Positions 41,318 to 52,653 of a DNA stretch of 64,000 nt are shown in pieces; positions within the stretch are counted from its first letter, which is position 1, and the number at the start of each line of letters is the position of its first letter. The notes beneath the pieces were generated by a model. It searched no databases. It worked only from the letters and a program-made list of their open reading frames with translations, and was not told where the DNA came from. Made by a program: the position numbers and the translations under genes. Source of the stretch: Trypanosoma brucei (taxonomy: Eukaryota); contig CP000070.1 of assembly GCA_000002445.1 (NCBI GenBank), positions 160,001 through 224,000 on the forward strand, read 5' to 3'.

Positions 41318-42373
41318 TCATAAACCCATACTCGCCAAGTTTGCCTCTCTCAAGCAGCAAAGGATGCTTTGAGCAGTAATGCGGGGAAGAAAAACACGAG
41401 CCCCGCGCCCCGCCACTCCCGAGAACATGTTGGAAACACATAATTTTTGCTGCTGATCTCTGGTGAGAAGCACAATAGATGGCGCACATCCCCTCATGTC
41501 CTGAAAGAGCAGCTCACCCATGAGCGCGGCGGTAAGTAAATCACCGGACTCAATGCGTGTTGCGGCGTACAAAGTGAAAATATCCGACAATGCATTTAGG
41601 CGGGAAAGTTGAAAGAAAATGTGGCCGGGGCGTGAGGTGTGAGGAATAAAAACCTCATGCACACATACTATGGCGCATGCCACGCGGGAAAAAAATAGAA
41701 TACTCTCTTCACTGGTTAGGAGTTGAATGAGAACATCCTCAAGACTTAGCTCAATGTTAGCGACGTCAAGCATCAGCACAACACGCGGTTTCATTGCTGT
41801 TTCCTCACGAGGGTCATCAGCAGATGAGCAAGGCAACGACTTGCAGAGCCGCCGCATTTCCCCAGCATTATAAATGGAAAAATTAGACTGAGTGTAGCCA
41901 CTGGAGGCGTGTAACCAACTCATGTGTCTCGTCATCTCTTGTGGGTCCATCCATGGTTGCATATGGCGCTTGATATCACCTTCTGCAGAGGAGCCGCATG
42001 AACATATGGGGCATTGGTAAAGAGGCACATTAGTGTCAATGGTGCCTGTCGATCCAAATGGCCGGTTTAGCAGCGCATTCATATGAGGTGAGAAATATGT
42101 GACAGTTTTTCTAACACCAGGAGTACGCTGGTGAGATTTGCAGAATCCTTCTGGCTTGACATATTCGGCAGCATTGTGCCTACCACTTGCCGTGACGGAA
42201 CCTACTGGTGAGGCGTCAGTAACAGCGCCTGAAACCTTATCGTGCCGCAGGCTTCGAGCAAGCGGGAAGATGAACCGACTAAGGTCGCTCTGCAGTGACG
42301 TTGAGGAACGCAATGTCATCATGCCTGCAGCGGATGCAGCAGAGCAAACGCCACGATAACAACCTCGGCACAA
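41318..42373 (-). CDS. Hypothetical protein (351 aa) with a Cys/His cluster and a C-terminal region weakly reminiscent of a NYN/PIN-like fold.
   Basis: ORF on the unit strand. YQCPICSCGSSAEGDIKRHMQPW...TRHMSWLH, then KPRVVLMLDVANIELSLEDVLIQLL (compare NYN 'RPVVIDGSNVA'). Weak. Confidence 0.5.
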   Translation of the reverse strand: MCRGCYRGVCSAASAAGMMTLRSSTSLQSDLSRFIFPLARSLRHDKVSGAVTDASPVGSVTASGRHNAAEYVKPEGFCKSHQRTPGVRKTVTYFSPHMNALLNRPFGSTGTIDTNVPLYQCPICSCGSSAEGDIKRHMQPWMDPQEMTRHMSWLHASSGYTQSNFSIYNAGEMRRLCKSLPCSSADDPREETAMKPRVVLMLDVANIELSLEDVLIQLLTSEESILFFSRVACAIVCVHEVFIPHTSRPGHIFFQLSRLNALSDIFTLYAATRIESGDLLTAALMGELLFQDMRGCAPSIVLLTRDQQQKLCVSNMFSGVAGRGARVFLPRITAQSILCCLREANLASMGL

Positions 42374-43151
42374 ATTTATTCTACGTTGCTTCTAGCCTTC
42401 ATTACCACGAACAAATAGAAGGAAATTCACCCAAGAACAGAGCGGAGGCCATTGTCGCTTCCCCCGTCTTTGACACTTAAGATATTACAATGATGATAAT
42501 AATAATAAAGAACAGTCATATGATGAGTCCATTTGTATTTGCGCACGCATATGTACATGTGCATATTTATTTATATGTATTTATATATGTATGGTGGGGT
42601 ACACATCTGAAGCCGCTAACTCTCACAATAAAGCCAAACAAATCACATACCAACACTCTTAGCTATGAAGGAAAAAATTCCCCTACGTTGCATATGTTTT
42701 GTTCCATGTTGTCTTAATTATTACTAGTGGAGTCCACTAGATGCGAAATGACAAAACACGTGAAAGACAGGTGTAAACAAGCTCCTTTCAGTCTGCACGC
42801 ATCCCCACCACCGTTTTGAAAGCAGGTGAATGGGAACCCCGTTAGGTTGCGTGTGCCGAAATCTTGAGCAATACAAACAACTAAGGTAGAAAAGAATGTG
42901 ACGCGAACAATAAGTTTCCAAAAAAAAAAAATGCAATACGTACCGCTATTTAGTCTACGACCGCACATATACCTGCAGAAGCAGGCGTACAAGTATCCAA
43001 GCGAAGGAAAATAAAAAAGAAATGCGATGGACCCATTACTATTCGCATCAACAAAAAATATATATATATATCAGCTGGCGGTGACTCAGCAAAAAAAAAA
43101 AGAATTAAGGAAAATTTATTTAAAAATATAGTAAATGTCGATCATTCTCAC

Positions 43152-46100
43152 TTACCCAGCAATGCTGGGAACGTCGGAAAACAACTGCTGGGGTAAATCA
43201 ACAGGAAGAAGAACCGGTGACAACACGTCGTCAGGGGATGCTAGACACGAAATAAAGCGCGACACCGAGTACTCACCTTCAGCAACAACAGTTGCTGCGG
43301 CATCCAACTCTGGCATGTAGTGAGTTGTCACTTCTTTGCGGCACAGCATGGCTCCTAATTCGTTAGCTCGCATCTCCAGCTCCAATAGAGTTTCCTCTGC
43401 GCGTGAGCGCAGCTCCTCCTGGCCGCCATGGTACTCCAGCAGCAATAAAACAGGGCGAAGGAATGGACGGTACTTCGGTGGAATAGGAAACAAACCAAGT
43501 TCTTGTACTAGCACGCAGAAGGCATAAGCCAAACGCAGTGTACGGAGATACAGGTGACCCCACAGTAGCTTCCGCTGCTGTATGAACCTGTAATGCGGTA
43601 AATGATGAAGGTTGTAGTAAATGATGGTCGACTCATTGCGTAGCAGTGTGACTAGTAATTTGCTGTAGTCGCTTTCTAGTTTCAGTAACTCCAGCGCTCC
43701 AGACAAGTGAGCGGAGGCTCGTTTGCTGTCGTCGAGAGTAAAACCTGAGGAACAAGACACTGTGGTTTTGCAAACATCCTCCTCAGCCATCCTCGCGAGT
43801 CTTGAGTATTGACATCGGTATTCGGTGGCTAACCGAGCTAACGCCGGTAAGATGGAATTATTGGTTTCCTCCAATGCTGTCGCAGCAACGCAAAACAAAT
43901 GTTTGGCATCAACCACGTAATGATCACGATGGGCTGGAGCTGCGTAGACGTCGACCTGAGTTGTGTACTCATATGCACATGTAAGTGGCAAAACAAAGTC
44001 CGACAGCGAAAATTCGAGATTGGAATCCTCTACCGACCCCGGATATGAGGTTACTGGTGGTAGCGCAAGCGAATGCACAGCCACTCTCTTCGTCCTCGGC
44101 ATTGACAGGAGCGTTGGAGTTGCGTCGACAGTTGCGTCGCCACTGAGCGTTTGAGCCGTGACGTAGGAAACGGATTCTCTTCTTCTCTCATGCTCAATCA
44201 TGGCGTTGCTCATCGCTAGCATCACAAAAACTTTAGCCAATATTTTGCGCTTTAGATGGTCATACTCTTCATTTGCTAACTGTTTCAGTGTCGTTGAACG
44301 CCACGCACTTTGCCTGATAACTATTTGAAGTTCAACAGAGTAATTCGTCAAGTGTTCTGAGGCACAGAGAGCTCTGCCTGAGACGTCCGCACCCGCCAAA
44401 TACTTACACAAATTTAGCGGTGGTACGATGCCCTCCTTGGAAACAGCAGCTCTTTTACCCGAAGTATCGTAACCGTGCCCCTTATGATTTGTGAAAACAG
44501 AGGATGGAATAGTCGCTATGCTTCCTTTCTTCCTGACACTTACAACAGAAGCAGCATCAGTCATAACAACCCTTGGTGGGAGGCCGGTGTCAGCTACACA
44601 AAGCCGCAAAGGAAGTAAGAAGAGAGAAGCTCCCTCCAAGTCGTGCGGCCGCTGATTCCCTTCCATGAATGCTTTGAGCAACGACTGAGGGTCATTACTC
44701 TCCGACAGCGCCTGCAGATGTCTTGGTGCCCTAAATACACCATACGAACACTTCGCGAGCGAGAAAGGTGACATATTTTTAGCGCCTTGTGAACTCTTTG
44801 AACTTATATGTTCCTGCAGTTTTTGCGTGATTAACTTCACTGCTGGTAGATCGTCGTCGAAAATAATACACTCCAACCAGTTGCTATCCATATAGAAAGT
44901 AATTGGAAGTGCGAAAATAGTGTTCCTTCCCGCCCTTTCGTACAGTAACCCGGCGTCTAACCTGTGGCTCCTGGCCCCTTTACGGGAAGCTGACACGGCG
45001 TTCATTAGGGAACCATCTTTTACAGCCACTAGTAGCTTCTGAAGTTCTTGCAGGGGAATGTTCTCCTCATCAGCTCCCGAATTCCTCAACTGGTATCCAA
45101 CATTTGATCTGTGCATAGGTCTTCCCAATAAACCGGGTACATGATACGGTCCTGCAAGAAACCCTTGGGCGCGACGCGGACACACACCAGTGTGGGTCCC
45201 CTCTCCCACTGTTACAAAAGTGTTTCGGGTAGGCGCCCGAGGAGAATTTACTATTTTTGACGGAGTCGAACCATCCTGACTCCCTTGCGAAGCACTGTAA
45301 GCAGATTCCCCCGCACATGCAGTTCCCTTGTCCCAAGAAGTGAGAAGGGACCTCCAGTCACTTTGGATCGCAAAACCATACCGGGCATCATTTGCCCCAT
45401 ACATGCGCTCATCCTCAAGTCTCTGTATTTGTCTCGTGTATTCCCGCTCCTGCATTCTCTCATGCTTCTGCACCTGCTCGAAAAGCTGCACGGTGTGCTC
45501 ATCCCTTCTGACTTCTTTCATAACTTTGTCGTGTAGCTTAGTTGGATCAAGTTCAAGTCGTTCTCTACATGACACATCCGATATAGTACGGCACCATTGT
45601 TCTAACAATAGGCGCTGTAGATATGTAAGTTCACGAAAACGTTTCCGCCCCCTGAGCAAATAAACCTTATCCACCTTTTCACAATTTCCAACGTCGTCAC
45701 TTCGGTTCCGTGGGGAAGAAGGTCGTCTTTTCCGCGTCAGCGTACTTGTGGCTGTTTTCTTGCTATTCTGATGAGAAGCGCCACTACAATGACAAATGGT
45801 AGATAGCCTGTCTCCGTCAAGAGGGCCAAATAAGGGCCTGCTGTTTGGACGACAACAACACTGCGTAAGCTGGTGCAGATTAAGTGTGGGTAGGTACCAC
45901 GGTGGTCCCTTGATATTCTTGTCGTAGCTATACGGGTTCTCCTCCACGCGCGAATTAATGGTATCCAGCATGGCATCAAGTGTACCACCCATATCGAACT
46001 TTCGTGTGCTATTCACCGAATTATGGAGTCCTACTAAACTTCCCGTTTGTTGCATCATTTGAAGCCGAAGCTCCTGCGTGCGGTGAGAAAACTGGGTATT

Positions 46101-46334
46101 CGCCATCTCATTGATAGTCATGGTAAGAAAGGGTAAACCGCTCTCTGTGCTAGCGTTTCCAGTCTTCCTTTCTGTCTTGTTATCAACGTTACGTGTCTCT
46201 TGGCGCCGAGGACGGCCCAACCCCTTTGCTGAAGAAACATAGTGGGAGTTCTGCTTGGGCCATTCCACTGGCATGAAGCTGACGGAATTCGCACCTCTCC
46301 ACACAGACACGAAAACGCTGCTGCCCTCGGTCAC
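43152..46334 (-). CDS. Hypothetical protein (1060 aa), no recognisable domain.
   Basis: Long uninterrupted ORF on the unit strand. Confidence 0.65.
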   Translation of the reverse strand: MTEGSSVFVSVWRGANSVSFMPVEWPKQNSHYVSSAKGLGRPRRQETRNVDNKTERKTGNASTESGLPFLTMTINEMANTQFSHRTQELRLQMMQQTGSLVGLHNSVNSTRKFDMGGTLDAMLDTINSRVEENPYSYDKNIKGPPWYLPTLNLHQLTQCCCRPNSRPLFGPLDGDRLSTICHCSGASHQNSKKTATSTLTRKRRPSSPRNRSDDVGNCEKVDKVYLLRGRKRFRELTYLQRLLLEQWCRTISDVSCRERLELDPTKLHDKVMKEVRRDEHTVQLFEQVQKHERMQEREYTRQIQRLEDERMYGANDARYGFAIQSDWRSLLTSWDKGTACAGESAYSASQGSQDGSTPSKIVNSPRAPTRNTFVTVGEGTHTGVCPRRAQGFLAGPYHVPGLLGRPMHRSNVGYQLRNSGADEENIPLQELQKLLVAVKDGSLMNAVSASRKGARSHRLDAGLLYERAGRNTIFALPITFYMDSNWLECIIFDDDLPAVKLITQKLQEHISSKSSQGAKNMSPFSLAKCSYGVFRAPRHLQALSESNDPQSLLKAFMEGNQRPHDLEGASLFLLPLRLCVADTGLPPRVVMTDAASVVSVRKKGSIATIPSSVFTNHKGHGYDTSGKRAAVSKEGIVPPLNLCKYLAGADVSGRALCASEHLTNYSVELQIVIRQSAWRSTTLKQLANEEYDHLKRKILAKVFVMLAMSNAMIEHERRRESVSYVTAQTLSGDATVDATPTLLSMPRTKRVAVHSLALPPVTSYPGSVEDSNLEFSLSDFVLPLTCAYEYTTQVDVYAAPAHRDHYVVDAKHLFCVAATALEETNNSILPALARLATEYRCQYSRLARMAEEDVCKTTVSCSSGFTLDDSKRASAHLSGALELLKLESDYSKLLVTLLRNESTIIYYNLHHLPHYRFIQQRKLLWGHLYLRTLRLAYAFCVLVQELGLFPIPPKYRPFLRPVLLLLEYHGGQEELRSRAEETLLELEMRANELGAMLCRKEVTTHYMPELDAAATVVAEGEYSVSRFISCLASPDDVLSPVLLPVDLPQQLFSDVPSIAG

Positions 46335-46920
46335 GCAAATTCACAACACAGTGTCACACAAAGGTGCTTCAATTTTGTGATTGTATTTGGAACAAAAGAA
46401 AAAAGTTTCTTTTTTATTGCGTCCTGTGCTATGGGAACGTAAGAATTGATTCCAACTTCCCTTAGACGCCGGCGGGTGCTCTGTGTCGGGGGTTACGAAA
46501 AAAGTGGTCCAGACGACAAAAACGGCAAAACGTGGAAACAGGTTAAATGAATATCCCTAGACTGTTCGCTCAATGCATGAAAACGTGTACACAATCCTTC
46601 ACTTATTATTTCCGTCCACCTCTCAAATATGGTGTCTCTTACTTCCTTGATAAAGCAACACAAAAATTGGTGGCAACCGTGGCAAGTACATGGGGATACA
46701 GGAAGAAGGATGGAAAGAAGAAAAACTGCAGTAACCTTGCATCGGGGCACCACACGGTTCCAGCTTCGAAGTAACAACCGAAGACGAAATGAACACGTTC
46801 CCCACCGAGGTTTGCCTAAGCCAACCACGCATGCTTAGTGAAGTAAACCAACACACTCTGTGGTGGAGAAAACGTTCAACAATTGAGCAATGAGAAGCGA
46901 CAAAAAAAAAAGTATAGTCG

Positions 46921-46940
46921 CCCCCCCCCCACACACACAC
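46921..46940. repeat. C10 homopolymer followed by (AC)5.
   Basis: ccccccccccacacacacac in the intergenic region. Confidence 0.9.
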
Positions 46941-46981
46941 ATGCCCTCCGCTCCACAACCCTCGGTTACACGTGCCACACG

Positions 46982-48112
46982 TCATTCCAAGGCACGGCAG
47001 GCTGTATAGCGCGCAAACTGAATAAGCTCATCCTCACTATGTGTGCTACCCAAAACGAATGGCAAAGGTTCAATGTTCACCGTGTCATTATGCGAGTTGA
47101 CGTCTTGTTGCTGTTCGTGCTGGGATCGGTGCAATTCGGCAGCCGTTCGCACGTGGGACCAGCCCTCCGAAATAATTAAAATCTTTCTGTGGATCCCCAA
47201 AGGCGTATCGCTCCTACACGCCCCATCTGCCTCCGTATCCATTCTACACAGGCATTGCAATAATGCGTTAAATGTATACACACCGGCATCGGGGTACCAC
47301 AAACTATCATCGTGCTGAATACTGGGGTTTTTATCGACACCTCCTACCGATTCCTCAGTTGAGCACCCGCCAACCTCTTCGAGGTCCCGCCATCGAACTC
47401 CAATGGCGGCACTCACAACGCCCAGCACCTCGTTGTGACGCTCACAAAGCATGGTTCTTACGATGTCTCGTATACGCCTCATGTGGTATCCAACGGCCAC
47501 GTTATGACGAGTATGCGAATACAATACGAGCGCAACCAACCGCCGGGGAACAGTTGTGGCACTCTGCTCAGATGGACGATGGTGTATCAGGCACTTATGA
47601 AGGAGGGACAGTGCCTCACGTGCCCCCTGCAGGCAAAACTGAACATCTCTTTGTATTGTATCGAATGGCACTTCAGTTGTACCGTTATATTTTTCTTGAT
47701 CACACTGGCTCGTGAAACGACTACTCAGCCGCCTGTGGAAGCGGACATCATCTCTAACACCAACTATCTCATTTCCACTAGGCGGCAGACCTGAAGCAGT
47801 ATCCCCGCTATTAGAAACCCACTGTGGGGATTTAACGCCTTTTGACTCAAGAGACGCATCCTCTAACTTATGGGCTAAGTGTCGTAACAAGAAGCCCTCA
47901 ATATCCGCCGGTTTTAAGTTAAGGCTTTCGGTAACGGAGGGTCGTCCACTGGCAGGCGTTGTTTGGCTCTCTCCAGGGAAATGCGTTGTGGCCGCGCAGC
48001 GTCGCTGAATGCATTTGGGCACACTGCTTTTCTTGGCACAAAGCATCGTCAACCGTGGAAACGGAAGGAGCATCCGAAACACCAAACTCTCCACAACCGG
48101 GTACACACACAA
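46982..48112 (-). CDS. Hypothetical protein (376 aa).
   Basis: ORF on the unit strand. No recognisable domain. Confidence 0.55.
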   Translation of the reverse strand: MCVYPVVESLVFRMLLPFPRLTMLCAKKSSVPKCIQRRCAATTHFPGESQTTPASGRPSVTESLNLKPADIEGFLLRHLAHKLEDASLESKGVKSPQWVSNSGDTASGLPPSGNEIVGVRDDVRFHRRLSSRFTSQCDQEKYNGTTEVPFDTIQRDVQFCLQGAREALSLLHKCLIHHRPSEQSATTVPRRLVALVLYSHTRHNVAVGYHMRRIRDIVRTMLCERHNEVLGVVSAAIGVRWRDLEEVGGCSTEESVGGVDKNPSIQHDDSLWYPDAGVYTFNALLQCLCRMDTEADGACRSDTPLGIHRKILIISEGWSHVRTAAELHRSQHEQQQDVNSHNDTVNIEPLPFVLGSTHSEDELIQFARYTACRALE

Positions 48113-48399
48113 CTTTCTTTTCGAGGAAAAAAAAATATCCCTCGCTAAGTTTTAGTGATTTGGTTCGGTTGAAATAACACAGGAATCAAAAAATTAAAAG
48201 GGGAAAAAGTCGATGAAAAGCAGAGATGTATTTTTTCCCCCGACAATTACAAACTGGAAAGAAACCCATGAAACTTTAGCCCCCACAGCACTACTACTTC
48301 CGACAACTCCGTGCCACAGCTTCCATTCTCCCCAACAAAGCAGCATTCTTCCTCAAAGAATAAGGACTTACGCACCTGCGTATCTTCCGTTTTCACAAC

Positions 48400-49233
48400 T
48401 TACGACTCTTCATTTCCTGCAACAGCCTCAGCAGGGGCGTTGTCTGCCTCAGGTACCTGCGCGGAGTCATTACCAATGTCACCAACTACCTCACATACAA
48501 CCTCAGCCGCTTCCGTTTCACAAGCAACCTCACCGGTTGGGTCTCCTTCATTCTCATTAGGAGAACCTGCACGGCGCTGTGCGTCACGCGAGGCGATGTA
48601 CCGCTCAAACGCCTCATCCACATCACGTCCCGGGAAACCGCTGCTACGCCCACCCAAACCCCGCCCACGGCCACCCCCGCGCCTCATGTGAGGGCCTCCT
48701 CGCCCATTGCGGAACGGAAAGGAATGTCCCCTACCGAAACCTCTTCCTCCCCGTACAGAGTCGGTGCTTTCTTGCGTACCATCATGATATCGATCGTGCT
48801 TCCACTTGCCGTCGACACTATCATTACCACCGGCATGACTCTGCTCACCACCATCGGCATTATGCAGTAGAACGACTCCATGATCGCGTGAAAGCGAAAC
48901 CTTAAGAATGCTTCCATCAATATTTTGATCATTCATGTGCTGAACGGCCGCACTGGCATCTGCTGGGTTACGGTACGTACATAACACGGTGCCGATGAAG
49001 CGCCCAGACCTGTCAGTAAACATTTTATATGCCTCCACGGGGCCAAACGCCTCAAATTCAGATCGGAGGGCATTGACGCCATCACGTTCGATGCGAGAAA
49101 AGGGAATTTGTGTTATGTACACGCGACAAGTGTTGTCGATGATAAGACTTATTGGAGCAGATTTATGGCCACGCCCACGCCTCGCGGAGAACTCTTCACC
49201 ATCTGTAAGTGGCGTAAATGTAAGTTTGTTCAT
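48400..49233 (-). CDS. RNA-binding protein with one N-terminal RRM and a C-terminal RGG/Gly-Arg-rich region.
   Basis: 277-aa ORF. RRM-like VYITQIPFSRIERDGVNALRSEFEAFGPVEAYKMFTDRSGRFIGTVLCTYRNPADASAAVQHMNDQNIDGSILKVSL. RGG box GGRGFGRGHSFPFRNGRGGPHMRRGGGRGRGLGGRSSGFPGR. Confidence 0.75.
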   Translation of the reverse strand: MNKLTFTPLTDGEEFSARRGRGHKSAPISLIIDNTCRVYITQIPFSRIERDGVNALRSEFEAFGPVEAYKMFTDRSGRFIGTVLCTYRNPADASAAVQHMNDQNIDGSILKVSLSRDHGVVLLHNADGGEQSHAGGNDSVDGKWKHDRYHDGTQESTDSVRGGRGFGRGHSFPFRNGRGGPHMRRGGGRGRGLGGRSSGFPGRDVDEAFERYIASRDAQRRAGSPNENEGDPTGEVACETEAAEVVCEVVGDIGNDSAQVPEADNAPAEAVAGNEES

Positions 49234-49705
49234 TGTTACTGACAGTGGCTAACGCAACAACCAAAAAAAAAAGTGCAACTACTGAGCAGTTATTTACCTA
49301 TCCTTTATCTGAGATGGGTGCCTCGCTCAACTTCCTTTCTGCTTTTTATTGAAAACCAAAAACTTCTCCCCTCCCCTGCTTTATCAGGTAAACGAGTGGG
49401 AGAATTTTTAAAAGAAAAAACAAAACAGATAAAACCGAAACGGTGCCAAAAGCAAATGAAATGGAAAAACGACGCTGAACCGCACTTTCGCGGAGTCCAA
49501 ATGGTTCTGTCAGCCCATTCGGTGTTTGTGAAAGCGATATTTTGATGGAAAAGACAGAAGACGTTAATGCGGGAATAGCAATCACCACGGGAAGGAAACA
49601 GAACGATGAACACGCTACGGCGGGTGCGGAAAAAAGGTAACAATACAACCAGTAAGAAAAAAAATTGAAGCATGTGTGTGGTGCAAACTGCCTTCCTAGC
49701 CACCT

Positions 49706-50383
49706 TCAGTGATGAGGGGTTATGGTGTGGCCGTCCACATACATATTCCTTGTCGCCTTAGGAAGTGAAATCTTCAATCCGTCGTGTTTCTGTTGCCGCA
49801 AAGTTAGTTGACAACCCAATCGCGACGTCGACTGAGGGAAAAAAGCCATGTCAAGCATATCATTCTCTTCATCGGTAGCTTCATCAAACAACTCCATAGC
49901 CTCGTCATTCTCTAGGTACACGTGACACGTGGAGCAGGCGCAAGAGCCACCGCACGCTCCCTCAATCGGGAGTCCATGTTCCATCGCAACATCCAACAGT
50001 GTCTGTCCTTCATATGCTGTCAGTGTCCGCATAGTACCGCAGGGCAATTGCACATGAAGCGTTAGCGGCTTGCTACGTTCCCCACTGTCGTTGCTATGGG
50101 TTCGAACGGCATGCCACAAAACAGGGAATGTGTGAGGTCGTTGACTACTGAAAATACCACCGCTACTCACACAAGTCACCGACCTGAGAAAAGGAGTGAC
50201 AAGAGCTCGCCGTGGAGCAAGCAAGTAGCGTAAAGCAGCCATTGCCCGCGTCACCTTGGTTACTTCTACTGATCCGTACTTAGAGGAAGCGGAGACGTTT
50301 TCCTCGTCCTTCTTCTTAAGTGCCCCGGTGTGTATCGGCACCGGGGTTATGGAGCGAAACGTTATAGAGCGGGGGGAAAGCAC
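49706..50383 (-). CDS. Adrenodoxin-type [2Fe-2S] ferredoxin, probably mitochondrial.
   Basis: 225-aa ORF. Cluster-binding motif EGACGGSCACSTCHV...LGCQLTL (C-x5-C-x2-C...C). N-terminal extension consistent with a presequence. Confidence 0.8.
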   Translation of the reverse strand: MLSPRSITFRSITPVPIHTGALKKKDEENVSASSKYGSVEVTKVTRAMAALRYLLAPRRALVTPFLRSVTCVSSGGIFSSQRPHTFPVLWHAVRTHSNDSGERSKPLTLHVQLPCGTMRTLTAYEGQTLLDVAMEHGLPIEGACGGSCACSTCHVYLENDEAMELFDEATDEENDMLDMAFFPQSTSRLGCQLTLRQQKHDGLKISLPKATRNMYVDGHTITPHH

Positions 50384-50772
50384 AATATAAAGGACAAACG
50401 TAACAAATAAAAAAAAATCGCATTAAAACAAACCAAACGCTTTATAGGGTTCACATCTTAGTTCTGTCTTTACCGTTACTCCGAGCCTGCCGCCACGGCT
50501 GCAAGAAAAGAGGACACCGTGTAATGAGTCTTATCAGGACGCAAGTACACATCACGGCGCCGCAACTCAACCCCGCGGAATCGGCCCACCTCCCTTTCGT
50601 GCCCTTCCCGATACAAGTAGCTTACCTCCTTTTCTCAGCTACACCACAGGCCCCACTTACTTTGATAAACGGCAGTTTCTCCCACAAGGTCCAACATCCC
50701 TCCAACATGCACTCATTCACAACTCTCGTTCTAATTTGTTTTCCTCATATTCTCCCCCTTGTCTTCCCCTGA

Positions 50773-52560
50773 TCAACTGCTTCCACTGCTAGCAGTCTCT
50801 AGCTCCCCTTCGCAATTCATCAGGACACGAATTGTTCGAGTGAACCCGAACTCCAGCACAGCAAAAATACCTACAGCCACCACCGCCGCCAAGAGGACCA
50901 ACAACTCCATGCTTTTTCGCTTAACCACAGATACATGTGCCACGTCCTCATACGGTCCGAAAAGCACAATACCAGGGGGTTTGAGGCGGTAAGTCGAGAG
51001 AGAAACACTCGACGAAAGGGCGCGGCGGCCCAAAGGTGATGACGGCATCACCAATCGATTTTGCATATGCCGTTCAAGGCTTTTAGCGAACTTCAACTGA
51101 TCGGCACCACCATTAGCAACGGGACTGCGGTGCGACACGGCGGCATGACGCAGCATTCCTAGCATATAAGCATCATTACCAACCCACAGCCGATTGTTGG
51201 TCGTGGTGGCACCATGCTCAGGAAGACGTAATAATGCCTTAGCAAAAGCATAAACAAAATCAACACGACGGCCCAGTTGCTTGGCGACATCAGTATAATT
51301 CTTGGTTGTGTTGGGAAATGTTGAGAGCGGGTAACGTGCAGCTCTAAACAGCTGATCTGACCGATATCTTCTCGTAGAAGAAATTGTAACAGCATGAACC
51401 TGCCGATGTGCTAGCACCTCGTGCTCAAAGTGGAGATCGTAGTGGTGATAGTTCGTCTTTGCGACAAGAATAGTGAGGTGAATGCCCTGCTTGATCGCCG
51501 TGGCCTCAGCTAATTCTTTTACTTGTGAGTAATATGGATCGTTGTGGAAGGAATCATGTACGTGCATGTATAGTCTGGAAGAGTCATCTGCGCTCTGCTT
51601 GCCATCAGTTGACTCACCATCCACGTCTTCCCCGAAAGTATTATCGCTACGGTCGCTTGTGAGGAGCTCGTCCAAACAGAGTACGAGTGCGTACCGGTCC
51701 AGATCCTCCTCTTGTTGGTTGGATAGCCACCACCTTGTTCCTGCGTAGTTGAACCTGGCCGTATTTCCCAACAGGAAGGAAACGCTGTAGGGATTTAGTG
51801 GAGCCGCATTAACATTTACACCAGCGTTCTTGTCGGCATTCACCGCAGCCTCCGCATTGAATCTCCACCACAGATCCACTGCAGCAACGGCCGCTGAAGC
51901 CCCGCCAGCTGTGAGAGAAGCAGGTGCAACGCCCAGAGTGTCGAAGGAAGCGGTAATGAGAAGACGTGGTGTGTCCGCAGAAGCTTCTTTCGGTTTTACT
52001 TTCAACGACGCATAAATATTAATACCCGTAAACGAGGCGTTCGCTGCTGGGGTTACCTCCCGAACACTGTTTCCGATCGACACTGCAGCATACTCGCTGA
52101 CTTCTAGAGTGGCGAACATCTTCTTCAGTTTCTCAGCAGCCACCCCGTCTTGAGGAAGGAAATAAACAGGGATGGACACAGTTGCGCGAGAGAGCTGGTG
52201 CTGCAGCAGTAGCTCATTGTGTGTGTCGAAGGGCGAGGTGGCAGCGACAACCCCATTAACAGGGAGGGACACAAGTTGCTTCCAGTCGGCTTGTGTTAAA
52301 TGTACCTCGGTGGGAATAAATACAGTGTGACCTGCATGTGCGGAGACATCAGCCGGATTAAACTGCGAAATTGCGCCGCGGAGCAGCCACTGCTTCGAGC
52401 CAAAAGACGATTGACCCAACCCTCCTGAGGCATCCGTTTGTGACTTTGCATTACTACGTTCGAAGCTGATCGCGTGCGCTACATCAGCTGTTAGCACAGG
52501 TATTGACGCCGCTACTTGAATTCTCACTAGCACTGCCAGTAGTGCCAACGACAAAAACAT
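50773..52560 (-). CDS. Type I membrane protein with an inactive M28-aminopeptidase-like ectodomain, candidate nicalin homolog.
   Basis: 595-aa ORF. Signal-peptide-like N-terminus MFLSLALLAVLVRIQVAAS. C-terminal TM LLVLLAAVVAVGIFAVLEF. PRLLITASFDTLGVAP...GGASAAVAAVDLWWRF...NYAGTRWWLSNQ...LVLCLDELL resembles nicalin (…NYQGTKRWLE…VLCLDTVG…). Metal-ligand His/Asp residues are replaced. Confidence 0.5.
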   Translation of the reverse strand: MFLSLALLAVLVRIQVAASIPVLTADVAHAISFERSNAKSQTDASGGLGQSSFGSKQWLLRGAISQFNPADVSAHAGHTVFIPTEVHLTQADWKQLVSLPVNGVVAATSPFDTHNELLLQHQLSRATVSIPVYFLPQDGVAAEKLKKMFATLEVSEYAAVSIGNSVREVTPAANASFTGINIYASLKVKPKEASADTPRLLITASFDTLGVAPASLTAGGASAAVAAVDLWWRFNAEAAVNADKNAGVNVNAAPLNPYSVSFLLGNTARFNYAGTRWWLSNQQEEDLDRYALVLCLDELLTSDRSDNTFGEDVDGESTDGKQSADDSSRLYMHVHDSFHNDPYYSQVKELAEATAIKQGIHLTILVAKTNYHHYDLHFEHEVLAHRQVHAVTISSTRRYRSDQLFRAARYPLSTFPNTTKNYTDVAKQLGRRVDFVYAFAKALLRLPEHGATTTNNRLWVGNDAYMLGMLRHAAVSHRSPVANGGADQLKFAKSLERHMQNRLVMPSSPLGRRALSSSVSLSTYRLKPPGIVLFGPYEDVAHVSVVKRKSMELLVLLAAVVAVGIFAVLEFGFTRTIRVLMNCEGELETASSGSS

Positions 52561-52644
52561 CTGCGTTGGTAATGTTCGTTGAACGGACGTTATGTGTGTT
52601 ACCGTCCACTGAATACCTTTGTTCTGGTGCCTTTCTTCTTTTCA

Positions 52645-52653
52645 AAAAAAAAG
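52645..52653 (-). promoter_or_regulatory. Short poly-T tract (minus-strand sense) ~90 nt 5' of the nicalin-like ATG; possible trans-splice-associated polypyrimidine element.
   Basis: The + strand reads aaaaaaaaa at 52645-52653, in the intergenic region. Confidence 0.25.

Noticed and set aside
41318-42373. C2H2 zinc finger call for CPICSCGSS…H…H
   Set aside because: The His-His spacing (13 residues) is atypical for C2H2. I kept only a generic Cys/His-cluster description.
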